Shown one piece after another: positions 1 to 15,871 of a stretch of 64,000 nt of DNA. The notes under the pieces were generated by a model. It saw only the letters and a list, made by a program, of their open reading frames with translations. It was not told where the DNA came from and searched no databases. This DNA is from Balanoglossus misakiensis (Eukaryota > Animalia > Hemichordata): assembly GCA_040954595.2 (NCBI GenBank), contig CM082579.2:988922-1052921 (forward strand). The letters are read 5' to 3'. The number at the start of each line of letters is the position of its first letter. Position 1 is the stretch's first letter. The position numbers and the translations under genes were made by a program.

Positions 1-107
1 TAGAAAAGAATGGGTTTGGACTGAACCATAGTGGTGAAAATGAAAGGATTAAGAATAATCAATTGTATCATAAATTTTTTTTATTTAACCTTTTCTGTAA
101 TTTTCAG

Positions 108-3206
<3,099 letters not shown>

Positions 3207-4239
3207 CATATCAGTCACCATATAGAGTCATTTCAGGGTATGCCACAAACATGCTTTAGTACACGAAAAGTTAAAAGAATGTCTCTCATGAATGGATGTA
3301 ATTCTGAAAACTCACCTGAAGCCACAGCCATTTGACATCAGTGCGGTAACTCTTGCATACTGAAACCATAACATACTTGAAATGATTGTCATTTAAAGTG
3401 ACGATAGTGTAAAATGTTTTTATTGCGACACAGATGCTTCTTTTTTGAGGATCAAGGGACTTCCGATGAGATGAGAACTGTTCTCATAGAGGGATAACGG
3501 AAGGTTCATCAGCCGGAGAACTTGCAATTTGTCTTGATGTACAACTAGAGTAACCATCAATTGTGAAGATCTCCTGCATGTATATGTATTCAATCTCCAT
3601 GTATCAGTTTTAAATGAACAAACACATTAACATTTATTTTGGCCAAATACACAAAAGCATGTGTATGAGTAGCAAAAGGCGTATTGTAAAGACAGTGGTA
3701 GTCAAGGTAAGAGTATTTATGTTTGTAAACATTTCAATATCCTGAATAAAAGCATAGATGCAATAGATCCCTGTATCTACGCCAGAATTGTTTTTGTAGT
3801 CAAACTTGTCAGATGCTAGGAACACAATTTCATAGTATGTATATGTGTGTATGCATGAGATTTCACTCTTTTCAACAACACGGACTGCTTTCACATGGTG
3901 ACATGAAGTTTTATTTACTGTAAAATTTTCACTGTACAGTTAGACTGTTCACAGCATACTTAACAATGCAGACAGAATCAAGTATTGCCACACTAAAGGC
4001 AACGTACATCTTGTAGTATTGTATTGTCTCTCTCCATGAGCAAAGTGGAATTGTACAAATACATGTAGTTGGCGAATAAAGATATGCATACAATTGACAA
4101 ACTTTCTATTTACATTAACTGAGCTTAAGCAACACTGGTGACATGTTGTAAGTACTACAAGTAGTTGGCTTTCTGTCTGCACATCTGAAAATCCACAGCA
4201 TGGGTTCGCATAATCTACAACACAAGATCTCACACCTGA

Positions 4240-5660
4240 CTATGCTTTGACATGCCATAGACCATCGTTGAGGTAATGGAGGTTTTCTACACCTATGCCT
4301 TTGTTGATCTCTTTGCTGTAAGGCAATAAGAAAAATCATTGTAAATGTCACAAGTAAATTGTGTTGATAGGGTACCTAACTGAAGAAATCAGAACTGCAT
4401 GATGCACTTTGAAAACTATAATTTCAGATATTTAACTTACATTTTATCTGCAGACATCTTCATAATACCTATGGCCAGTGCATTCTGTTTACCTTCTGCC
4501 ATGATTGCCTGTGAAACAAAACTCGTCAAGGAATATAGTTACGTACTGTGTGTAGGTATCCATCAATGTAGAAAATAGATGTGATTGGATGGATGAATAG
4601 TTGGACGGATGGACAGACAAACATGAAGAAAGAAACATAAATAAAGGTCTTACAAAGGATACAACTACTGTGTCTTTCTCTGCCGGTTGTAGAGTTGCAC
4701 CTGGTGAAGTCAGACCAGGGCACATGATGTTTGCACCACTAAGTATGAAACGTATTGCACCTCTGTCTACTCGTTGATGTGGCAATATCATGGGATCTGA
4801 AATGAGGAAATCACTGAATTGTAATTTACAATCGAAACCATATTAATTCTAAACAAGAAAACATGTCCATTTCTTGGTTCATCTTCAGGAAATGAGACCT
4901 TCATGAAGTAGACACTGTAACTGATGAACTGCAGTCTGGAGATTAAGTGATGACTTACATTTGTGTAAAAGTCTTAGTGTAGGATAGTAAGGACCTTCTC
5001 TTTGTCTGAAGAATACTACTTCTGTACCTATCACAAAGATTTCTATGTGCTCATGACTGAAACAAATCAGAATTATGATACAGAATAAGCAATAGTGACA
5101 AAACACTTTATTTTTCACATCACAGGCCTTGTACTCAGAAAAAAAAAATGGACCCAAAGCAGCATTCAACCAGTGTCTACATTACTTACCATTTGATAAC
5201 CTTCAGTGGTTCTTTCTTGGGTAATATCTGTGATATATACGGCTGTATGTTTGGATAGAGTTCCACTACTTTACGACCCATGTTCTTTTGAACAGAAGAC
5301 TTCAAGGGAGTTACCCCTGAAACCTGTTCTTTCGGATCAAATCTGAAGAGAGAGAAAAATATACAAGAAAAAAAAAATAAAGGACAGAAATTCCTTCGTC
5401 CCTTCAATGTCATCCTTTAAATAGGAAAGACTTCTACTGCATCTGCAGTGCATGATAATGCGATACAGAGTCAGACATTGACAATCCGGAAGTCTGTCAT
5501 GTCACATTGCATATTACTGTTTCCCATCCTTGATCGGTCAATCAGACTAGTTTGGATAATATACATGATTAAAGGATTTCACTAATTGCATTGATTTATT
5601 ACCATAATCATCAACTGGGACATGTCAATGAACGAAATAGCACACTTACTTTTTAAACAT
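4240..5660 (-). CDS. MCTS1: MCT-1/Tma20 PUA-domain re-initiation and 40S recycling factor, about 179 aa
   Basis: Exons 5660-5650, 5342-5190, 5056-4959, 4796-4663, 4508-4441, 4315-4240 (540 nt). Translation: MFKKFDPKE...[10 protein letters not shown]...[24 protein letters not shown]...AIMAEGKQ...[17 protein letters not shown]. Confidence 0.97.
4509..4662 (-). other. U12-type (minor spliceosome) GT-AG intron, MCTS1 intron 4
   Basis: The 5' splice site is GTATCCTTTG, and a TTCCTTGAC branch point lies shortly upstream of the 3' CAG. Both match the U12 consensus. Removing the intron gives in-frame ...KDTVV|AIMAEGK. Confidence 0.93.
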
Positions 5661-5778
5661 GCTGCTACTTCGCGATGTTGTAAGGTACTCTTTTGTGGCA
5701 GGGTGTACATATCATTATCAACAAATCGTCGCAAAATCTGTGACTGCATACCTTTTTACGCCAAGGCCGCAAATCAAC
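5661..5778. promoter_or_regulatory. Compact bidirectional promoter/5'UTR region between MCTS1 and CWF19L2
   Basis: Only 118 bp separate the two divergent start codons. A YY1-like CAACATGGCTGCC overlaps the CWF19L2 ATG, and the region is locally richer in CpG. Confidence 0.7.
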
Positions 5779-8700
5779 ATGGCTGCCCCCATTGACTTTC
5801 AAAGTTCGTGGAAGAAAGAAAAACAACGCCATGCACTAAGGGAAGCCAGGGAACACGTTTTGGATAAAGTAGGTGGATGGTCAATTATGCATCTAAACGT
5901 CATTATGCCATTTTGATCCAAAGTCCATTCTGAATGTGAACATTGTTATTCTTCATGCGTCTGATGATTACTTGTCCTGGCTGACTAGTTTACCAATGTT
6001 TACAATCCTGACACATTTACAGGCCAAGTCAAAGTATGAACAACGTGAACGTAAAAGAGATGAAGCCAAGCAAAGGGGTGATGATGTTTGGATGTTACCA
6101 TCTGTCAACCAGAGGATAGAAGCTGAGGTTAGTATGAAATACATTGTATGGGGTGCTTATGTAATTCACAGTGAAGTTGGCCAAAAAGCAACCTGACTTG
6201 CAAGGTACGGTATTCTTATGCTGACAGAAAAAATATAGTCCAGACTTTTAGAGACACCCCACTTTGACAGAGTTCAACTTACTTACATCATGCAATGTGT
6301 ATTTGTGTGTTTTATTTTCAGGGAGAAAGAATCAAAGCTAAGAAGCACAAAAAAGAGAAAAAAAGCAAAAAACACAAGAAGCATAAGAAACACAAGAAAC
6401 AGAAAGCTAGTCGCAGTGACACTGGAGAAAACTCAAGTTCTGTAAGTCAGGCTGCAGGATCCCTACTGTTGTGTGGAGTGACCGTGATACAGCTCAGCTT
6501 CACTTACATGCGGAGTTGATAGGAAATAACTATGTAAACTATTTGTTCATTTGTGTCTAATTTCGACTTCCAGGATTCTGAAGATGGTGGTGAATGGGTG
6601 GAGAAAGCGGACCCCAAAACCACAAAAGATCGACCTTCCTCTCCCTCCTCTCCTGCCCCTCCGGTCAAAGGTCCGCAACTCCCTCCTCCAGAATCACAGG
6701 TAAGCATCAAAGAGTTGAAATTTGAAAAGATATACCTGTAGTAGTTACACCGTAGAACTAATCTGGTTTACAAAAGAATTCTTCAAGATATGCAAAATGA
6801 AATTTCTATGCATGATTTTGAGACTTTGTACACCGATATTTTTTTTCAGCGTGCAGACTGGATGAAGGAGGACCCTTTCTCCTTTGCTACGTACACACGA
6901 GATGATCTGAGAAAACACAAAAAAGAGAACAAAGAGATGCAGGACAAATGGAAAGATGTTTTAGACAAGGTTAGTGGAGGAAATTTCTTGATCCTTAACT
7001 GAAAGAATTTGAATATGAAATAACAAGGTGCATACCAGGGATAGAAAAATCTGTGGATGTTGACCTTTTAACATGAAACGTTTTTTTTGTTTAATGCAAA
7101 GCCTGGAATGAGTACCCGTGAACTCAATCCATTTTGGAAAGATGGCGGCAAGGGACTCCCTCCAGAAAAGCAAGAGTCAACAAAAAGAGTCGCTTCTGTT
7201 CCTGGCATTGGAGACAGAGGATTGTCGTGGTTGAAGAAGGCTTATCAGAGAGCCTGTGAGGAGGCAGAAGCAAAAGGCAGATCTCTGGAAGATGTTATGG
7301 CAGATCGATATGGGGTAAGATGGAGCTTTTGGTCTTAGTGTTGGAGATGATGAACAAAGAAAGTGTGAGAGTGCATGTATATATTTGAGAGAGGGGGGAG
7401 AGATTTCCTTTTGGGCAACAACAGTGTCTTTGATGCACTTGATGTACTGGTATTAACTGAATGGATTTTATTCTTCCTTGCTACCAGTCAATGGAAAAGT
7501 TTCAAAAAATGATGACCGATGCAGAAAACGCTGCCAGTCGTACAGACACAAGAACTGAAAGGTCTCAAGATAGACGTGATAGATACAGACCGCAAGACAG
7601 AGAAAGAGATGTTGGAAGAGACAGAAGTTCAGAGAGAGACAGACACCGAGATAGAGACAGAGATAGGAACAGAGACAGAGAGGGTTATAAACACAGAGAT
7701 AGTGACAGATACAATGATAGACGAGATCATCGAGACACTGCTAGAAATAGAGAAGATGAAGAGAGTCCATCAAAGCGACACAGAGAATCAGCCTCTGCTG
7801 ACAAACATAAGGACTCTGCCAGATATGCAAAAGACTCAAGTAAAAGTAGCTCTTCTTCTGGCAGTGGTGGACTGCTCAGTTCTTTTGGCAAGAAATTCAT
7901 GCGACCATCTGAGTCGCTTGAAGAGAAAGAAATCCGGAGCAGGTCTGATAGGGCCAGTTCAGCAAGGGACGGTGACCTGCCACGTTGGAAAAACAAGGCA
8001 TTTATTAAACCTTCTGAAGATTCTGATTCCAAAGTGAAACCTAGTTCAAGTAGAGAGTCTGCAGGAAATCCAGCATGGAAAAAGCCCAGCCAAGAACCTC
8101 CAAAGGCCACAGACAGTGCTGATATTGACGATGAGAGATTGGTCTCTGCCAGCAGTGAGAGTTCAGACTCATCCTCAGAGTCTGAAGAAGAGGAAAGAGC
8201 ACCCTCGCTTGGAAAGATACTAACAGATAAGGAAATGAATGAACTCGGAGCAAAACTTGTGAAAGCTGAAATCATGGGAGATGAGGTGAGAAAATGTTCA
8301 GAAAATTGTATATATGCATACTTAGATAAACAGATGCATGTTCATGTTGTATTTACTGCTTTGTTACAAACAAATGATTTGATGGGTTTGTCTTTTCCAA
8401 TGTATATTCAACAAATTCAGGAGATGGCAGCTGATATCAAATCACAGTTGGAGGCTTCCAGGAAAGCCAAGGAAAGTCACGCACAGAGAATGGAAAAAAT
8501 GAAGTCACAGCAGAAACCCAACAATGATGGTGAGGCTGAGGATGAAAGTGAGTTGATACTCACAAGAATGGACAAGAGTGGTCAGAGTTGGCCGGTGCAA
8601 CAAACAACAAAATCTGAAGAGAGGAGAGGGAAAAAGAGAAGGAGAAAGAAGGTGAGATTTTATAGGATTTCATATTCTGTTTGACTGAAAGATTCAGTTG

Positions 8701-10610
8701 TGTGCATAGCCATGACGATCTTTCACATCAACACTCTTTGGATTTACAGTCAGTAAAGTGAATGATTTTTGGTGTGTATGGATATGAATAATAGGCATTT
8801 TCCTTACAAGTCTATTTTTATCTCTGTTGTGATTAACATTTGTCATAAACTCCACTTAAGGTTGCAACCCATGACGTTGGAGGAAAACGAGAACGATACT
8901 TTGCTGACGATGACAGGTATGACTTGAAAGAAATGGTTCAGAGGGAAAAGATGAGTTCTGCAGAGGATCAAAACTCAATGTTTGCAAGATTAGCTGGCAG
9001 GGTATGTACAGCAAGTCAACATTAAAGACTTTACCTTTAAAAAAATATATAGAGTTGGCCACTAACACAAAATCTCTGTATTAATTTGTATATCATCTTC
9101 ATGAATGTTTCTTTTCGTACAGTCCACAGAGAAGACAGACAGCGACTACTACACGTTGGATGACATGTTTGTGTCCAGAGCTTCGAAGCAAATGTCCCAG
9201 GCTGAGATGGAGGAAAGAGATCGTGCTAAAGCTATTGCGCAACAAAAACGACACAATGAACAGATTGACAAGTGTATTCATTGCTTTGGCAACAAAGATA
9301 TGCCTAAACATCTGATAATTGCCATTGGTCTCAAGGTAAAACTTGTTGAGTGTTTGCTGCAGCACTTTGGATCTGATTTTGAGATTTTTTCTTCCAAACT
9401 ATTCTACAAAACCTGCCTGTCAAAAAGATGTATGAAACCAGCCATATCACATATCATTTTCTATTCATTAGGTATATCTGTGTCTACCAGCTACACAATC
9501 ACTGACAGAAGGCCATTGTCTCATTATACCGATGCAACATTGTGTCTCTAGTACAGTCATTGATGAAGATGTATGGAGTGAAATCAAGGTATTTGGCCGC
9601 AGTGATAATCATTTATGACACATGCAACTGTGTTTCCCTTTGTGATGTATATGATATGTATTGAAAGATTGTCCATGATGTACTGTACGGATATTACTTG
9701 ACATGTGACCTATTAAATTGATTCTCATGTGATAAACCTCTTTTACAGATATTCTGCAAAGGTTTGACAAAGATGTTTGAAGAGCAAGACCAGGATACCA
9801 TTTTCCTGGAAACCTGCATGAATCCCAAGACACACAGACACATGATCATGGAATGTATTCCAGTACCCAAGGAAGAGGGTGGCTTGGCTCCAATTTATTT
9901 CAAGGTAAAGTCATCTCCTATCTCGAGTTTCACAGTATTTGCATCCTTCTGTAGATTTTCACAGTCTTGATCCAATTCTGTGTTTGATTTCAGAAAGCTA
10001 TCATGGAATCTGAAAGTGAATGGGCTCAGAATAAGAAACTGATTGATACAAGACAGAAGGACATTCGCCGATCTGTAAGTCCTGTTAGGATTAATTAATG
10101 ATTGTAGTGTTATCTTACAGTAGTTAGCTTTAAAAGTCTGAATATTCTTCTTGTCATTTGTGAGCATTACAAGTACCACTTGAAGCACAGCATTCATTGT
10201 GATTCTTTCTCATATACCAACAGGTTCCAAAAGGACTTCCCTATTTCAGTGTGCAATTCGGACTTGAAGGTGGCTTTGCTCATGTCATTGAAGACAGCCA
10301 TACTTTCCCTCATTATTTTGGAAAGGTGAGTTTGACCCTATGTGTACTTGGCTTGTTGCTATGATCAAATCTGAACATACTGGAGGGCTACCATGACAAG
10401 TTCGCTTTTTGAACTTCGCCATATGCTAATTCTGATTCTCCTTCATACACTGAATTTTTCCAGGAAATCATTGGTGGAATGCTGGACTTAGAACCAAGGA
10501 GATGGAGAAACCCTCCGAAACAATGTTTTGAAGATCACAGACAGAAAGCTGTTGAATTTTCTAAATTGTGGAAACCATATGATTGGACTCAGAAAATTGA
10601 CAGAGAATAA
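5779..10610 (+). CDS. CWF19L2: CWF19-like protein 2 (intron-lariat spliceosome factor, CwfJ C-terminal domains), about 919 aa
   Basis: 15 exons: 5779-5868, 6023-6127, 6322-6441, 6574-6699, 6850-6969, 7102-7314, 7488-8285, 8421-8651, 8861-9001, 9123-9335, 9472-9588, 9749-9904, 9994-10074, 10224-10325, 10464-10610. Motifs: [109 protein letters not shown]. Confidence 0.96.
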
Positions 10611-12885
10611 AGGGTTTCTCTTCTCCAGTGTATTCCATCACGGTCACTCCACACATTAAAGTTAATGCCACCAGTATCATGTAATAATAGCCTGTTTTTC
10701 TGACATGTAGTGATGGGGGCACTGTTCAAATTGACTGCTTTGCCCCCAGCAAGCCAAGTTAATACATTGAACACTTTAAAAATCTTGAAAACTGGTCATA
10801 AGATACAGTTGTACGTTTATTTTGATTATGGCTTATAATAGGAATTAGGACAAAGATAATCAACACAATGATTACATGTATAAATAATCAGTTTTATTTA
10901 TATCCATCAAAGTGCAACACAGTCATGATAGCCATGGGATGCAACAACATGCATGTAAAAAGCAAAGCGTAAAAAAATCAATGGCTATCCAAAATTGCAG
11001 GTTATTCACAAAGAGTCACTTTTGACCTTAGTCCTGTTAGCAAAGACTAACTTAAAATTTTTTATGTACATGTACGGACAAATATATTTACAATTTTTAG
11101 ATATACAAAATATGACATTGTGGAATAATACACCACTGTTGATAATCAAAGATTGCCACATTATGGTGTGCGTTAACTCTTGTATGTTTGTATACAGGGT
11201 GCAAAATGTTGACTACGGTCTTTTGGGGGTGTAAATATTTGTGGAATTTTCCCTTCAGCGTTATTTCTGCCATCTGCACCATTGACCTGATGGCAGGGGA
11301 TTTCAGTTCATATCTGATGACTTCTCTGTCCTGTTCAATGGTCACAATATAAATGGCTAAACAGTTCCATTGGTTGATCTGACATGACAAGTGTGATTCA
11401 AAACTCCAGATTGACAAGAAGAGTTATTTCACCAAAGACAATATCACCATTTACAACTGGGTGATTTTTTAAAAATGAACAAATTGCAATCCCGACAACA
11501 AAAATGAAACAAGGTGAGCTGGCAAAACTACTTTGAAATTTATATTAAAAACAAAGGCTCAATGCCTACAACAGAAATCAATACCCCCCTTTACCCTAGA
11601 TTTACATTGGAGAGTTTGTAGAATTCCACCTATAAAAATTAAACATATTTTCAGAGCTTTCTTTGCAAATTGTGCAAAAGAAATTAGTGTGCATTTTGTA
11701 AATGACAAATATCCAGTGGATGGCCTCACACTAAAACAGTATTTGAGATAATTTCTGCTAATATTATCTAGCTACCAAGCATAAGTCAAAGTGTGCGTCT
11801 GAGTGTCAGTGAGAATAAGGCAGCTATGCAAGGTTGCTAGGTAACGAGAGTTGCTTTCTTGGTGTTGTCATGGCATTGCAATCAAAGTGGAGGCAAACAT
11901 TCTCAGATGAGTGGGCTCATGCAATGCAGATGCACCAAGAGAAAATTGATTCCTTCAAAGAACAAATGATAGTCTGCACTAAGGTAAATTTATCTCAATA
12001 TAATACCTTGACATTGCAAGCATAAATACTATTGCATTTACACACAGACAAAATCCAAGTGCACCCACGAAAGTGCTCTATGGGTCAAAATACATGTACA
12101 TTTTACATGTAGATAATTCACACATTTAAAGTGTAATATTGCATATAACAAAACTTACAAAAACGTCACTTCATAGTTGCTGTCAAACTTATAGTCTTTC
12201 TCAAATTGCTAAACCAAAGTTGACAATAGCACACATCTTAAAACTACACTACTCCAGAAATACGAGTGTGTATTTACAGTTCTAAAATCAATGTGAATAC
12301 AAACAACAATTTGATTTCATTGGAACATAACTAAATAAATCATTCTCAACAGTAGGTTGTAATTATTCCAAAACTGCTACACATTATCAGTCAGTGTAGG
12401 ATTTAAATGGAAAACATGTATGTCAAGGTGTATGTGCGTGTCATCTAGAATCACATGTAGGTCACATGACAGTTTGTGAACTGTGATCACGTTTGTCACA
12501 TGACACTTTCAAGAAAATTACTAAGAAATTGGCTCACACTAAAACCAGAGATCATGTTCAAGGTTGTCTATTTGGGTGACAGCAATGACAAGTCCAAATG
12601 TGCTTTCCTGACTTCATTTATAAAAAAAATTGATGATATGCTTTTGTATTTTCTGAGGTTTTGACAGGTTCACATGTACTCAAACTTGCTGTCTGAGTAA
12701 AAGAAAGAATTTGATTTCCCAGATATGTGTTTTAACAACGATCTATCAAACTGTGTTACAATTTTTTGCCTGTTTTTTTTTCATGCGAGTTGGTAACATC
12801 TATTTGTTTTGTATAATGTGGCACATTCCTATATCCTACAGACGTCCATCTTTCACATTCCACCACTATGCTGTGCAGTTAAGAA

Positions 12886-14238
12886 TCACCACTTCTGTGG
12901 AGCGATGTGACCCACTAAATAGATGTTGTCATAGAGATGACCTGAGAGTTCATCATCCACACGTAAGGTAGCCTGTCGCACATTACGGATGAATTCTCGT
13001 TTTGACATTTTGTTCTTGACATGGGGGCTGGTGAGATCGATGGAGAGCAGGAGTAGGGAATAACATAACACGTAGATTGTTTCTGTAAAAAATACAACAG
13101 ATTTGTCAATATTTATTTTTTAAAGTATTCAAGTATCTATTTCATAGCAAAGTGGCCAGGCAGCCTACGTTGAAAAATTTACAGTATACAAAGAAAAGGC
13201 ATTTTTAGAGGGAGGTGTAACTGACCTTCATTCAGACCACATTCTGGGTTGCACATGATGAACCTTGATGCAAATTTCTCAATCAGGGCATGTAACTCGC
13301 TGCCTCGCTGTTTCGGTGCATCAATGTTTGAAAAGAATTGTCTCAGTGCGTTGGCCAAGAACTTGTCTGCATAGTTGTGTAAACAGATCAGCTCATCCAG
13401 AACATCACGTCTGAAAAACAAGAAAATAAATTCATGCAAAGCTGACTGACAAGGCAAAGGATTGAGACATTAAAGCAACAACTGTGGAATGTCTGACACC
13501 AAACAAATTGATTTCACCGACCATAAGTCCTCACCTTTGACTCACAAATTTTCTGACTTGTCTACGATCCAACCTGTTGGTTGAATTGATGAAATGAGCG
13601 ATGGCCTTTGGTGTGTTATCCAGGATTTCTTTGCTGATTAGATACTCTATCCCCTGAAATGACAGAATGACGTCAATTCATTGTTATTCTTTCACCACAC
13701 CACTGTACAATGTATAAACTTACATGTACTAAGATTGATAGTACTAGAAGTCTCTTACCAGTCTAGGGTCAGCATTAAATGTCAGAGTGCCTTCATCAAG
13801 TTCTAAATAGAGATTTCTGTACGAGAAATAGGGTTCATCTTTATTTCTGTATGCTGATACAATGCCCCACGTAGCTTTGCATAGTCTGCATAGACAAAAA
13901 CAAAACAAAACAATGTGAAATAAACAGTGGTATTTCGAATTATATTTTCAGCTTGATAAGTGCCAATTCCAAATGTTCTCAATATGCAAATGAGGCACTT
14001 ACCCACACCAGAGCATTTCATCATTGGCCAATGCAGCCCAAAACTGATTGACACACGCTGCCAAACACAGATCTGTTGCACTCAGATTGGACAGTACAAT
14101 GAGTCCTAACTCTGGTGGCAAGTGACTCAGATCGGGAAATTGTTCTTCCAGTTCCTCAAAAACAGTTTTCCGTCGAAGCATCAAAGTAAAGTTCCCATTT
14201 GCCTGGTCACTTCTGATTTTCTTCAGTGTCTGCCCCAT
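12886..14238 (-). CDS. FBXO8: F-box only protein 8 (F-box plus Sec7-like domain), about 287 aa
   Basis: Coding exons 14238-14003, 13885-13759, 13653-13535, 13410-13226, 13082-12886. F-box LSHLPPELGLIVLSNLSATDLCLAACV; LDEGTLTFNAD; YVLCYSLLLLSIDLTSPHVKNKMSKREFIRN; GHLYDNIYLVGH. A 5'UTR intron is likely at about 14400-14823. Confidence 0.96.
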
Positions 14239-14823
14239 CGTTGTCAATCAAAATTGTTACTCTCACTCAAATGAAATAACAGCGTTCCTCATTGTGTGTG
14301 TACACAGTCTTGACATGCAATGCACAGTTCTGCTGTCAAAGAACAGAGATCCTCTTCATGATCACAGCAGATGTACCAGTGGATCAGTATTTTTCAGTCC
14401 TACATAAAACAGGAAATCATTGTATCATTAAATGTGTACAATCTGCAACACAGCTCTTATTATGTTTGTGAGGATTTGTTGATAAACATTAGCTATTACG
14501 AATTTATCCTTTCCCCTTTCTAAATCGCGAAACATTCACGATGTCTATATCACCACCAATGTTGAAATGTACATTCTGATGTAAACAACAATAATACAGA
14601 TATTAACATATAACGGTCGCTTAGAACGTCATGGTTCAGTTCTCAGATCTAGGTCCCTGACAGCATGTACTACCACAGGGAGCAGAAAAGATCAAACACC
14701 TGCTTCAGTACATAATGTCAATCGCGTGATGTATCCCCCTGGATGGACGTGGACGCAAGGAAAACATAAACAAACCGATTTCAGCTGGTCCACCCAGCCA
14801 GCCGAGACCCTTTTCTGACTTAC

Positions 14824-15870
14824 CGCGATCGCCTGTTTGACTCAAATGAAGATCTGTAAGGAACACGCACTTCTGCACAATATATTATGAGCTTCTTGAG
14901 TGAATTCTGGGGACGTCTTGGCTCTGAATGTTGCTTTTTACGGCTATGACCTCATTCCTTCCACGGCATAGGCTCCACCGTGTTCTTGATGATTTGTTCG
15001 TCTTTACGTATGATGAGGTCAAAGGTTAAATGACGCACTTTGAAATAGCGTGGCATTCCCACCTCAAATTCGTATTTTGTCATCAAGACAAGTTGTCAAT
15101 ATTAAATAAATTTAATAATAAAATGTTATACTTCTATCTAATGTGTGTATAAGAGTTTAATTTATGATATTTCAACACTTTTTTATGTTTTGCGAACCTG
15201 TTCTCTGAAAATAACATACTACAGGTGCAATGGCGCTGTCAGTAAAACATGATTTGATTGGATAGAGCACTGTCACTCCTCAAACAGGGTAGGAAAATGT
15301 TCTGAGTTTAAAAGAAAGCTTTTTGAATTAATGCGTAATGAGGTGACATGGCCCAGTTGACAACCCTAACTGTAAATTAAATGAATTATACGATGTCAAG
15401 GGATATCTAATAAACTGCGGCATTTTAGAAATGCTACCCCGCCCCCGGAATCAGAATGGGATAATCAAGATTGACCAATAGCGATCTGGTTTAGTAAGGA
15501 CCGTCTCCTTAGTGGCAGACACCAGCGGGACATTCAAAACAACAAGTCGCATTGACTGTGCATCTGGTCCTGTGAAGAGCTGTCAAAATTTTACAGGTCT
15601 GTACTGTGAGATCAAATTCATGGCAACTGCTAAGTTACTTTAACTGTTAATAGGGAGATCTATCTGCGAGTCGTATTGATTTTGAATTTTGTCTCGTGTA
15701 AGTTTCTCATTTAGCCCGTAGTTTATTTCACCAACATTACGTGCTGTGACACGCTCTTGGCCACGGACTTCTTCAGTTGACAATCCAATGGTATACATAT
15801 ATTGTTTGCCAAATTAATCATACCAGATCACTTTAAACATTCCCCCTTTGTTTTGTTTCCTATATATAAG
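14824..15870. promoter_or_regulatory. Divergent promoter and 5'UTR region shared by FBXO8 and CEP44
   Basis: The genes are head-to-head. Motifs: DR1 AGGTCAaAGGTTA at 15016-15028, CCAAT boxes (GATTGG about 15256, CCAAT about 15475), and a GC box CCCCGCCCC at about 15437. Confidence 0.6.
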
Positions 15871-15871
15871 G

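Noticed and set aside
7519-8275. Alternative-frame (172 aa) and antisense (182 aa) ORFs over CWF19L2 exon 7
   Set aside because: By-products of the purine-rich, low-complexity RD/RS-coding exon. No independent motifs.
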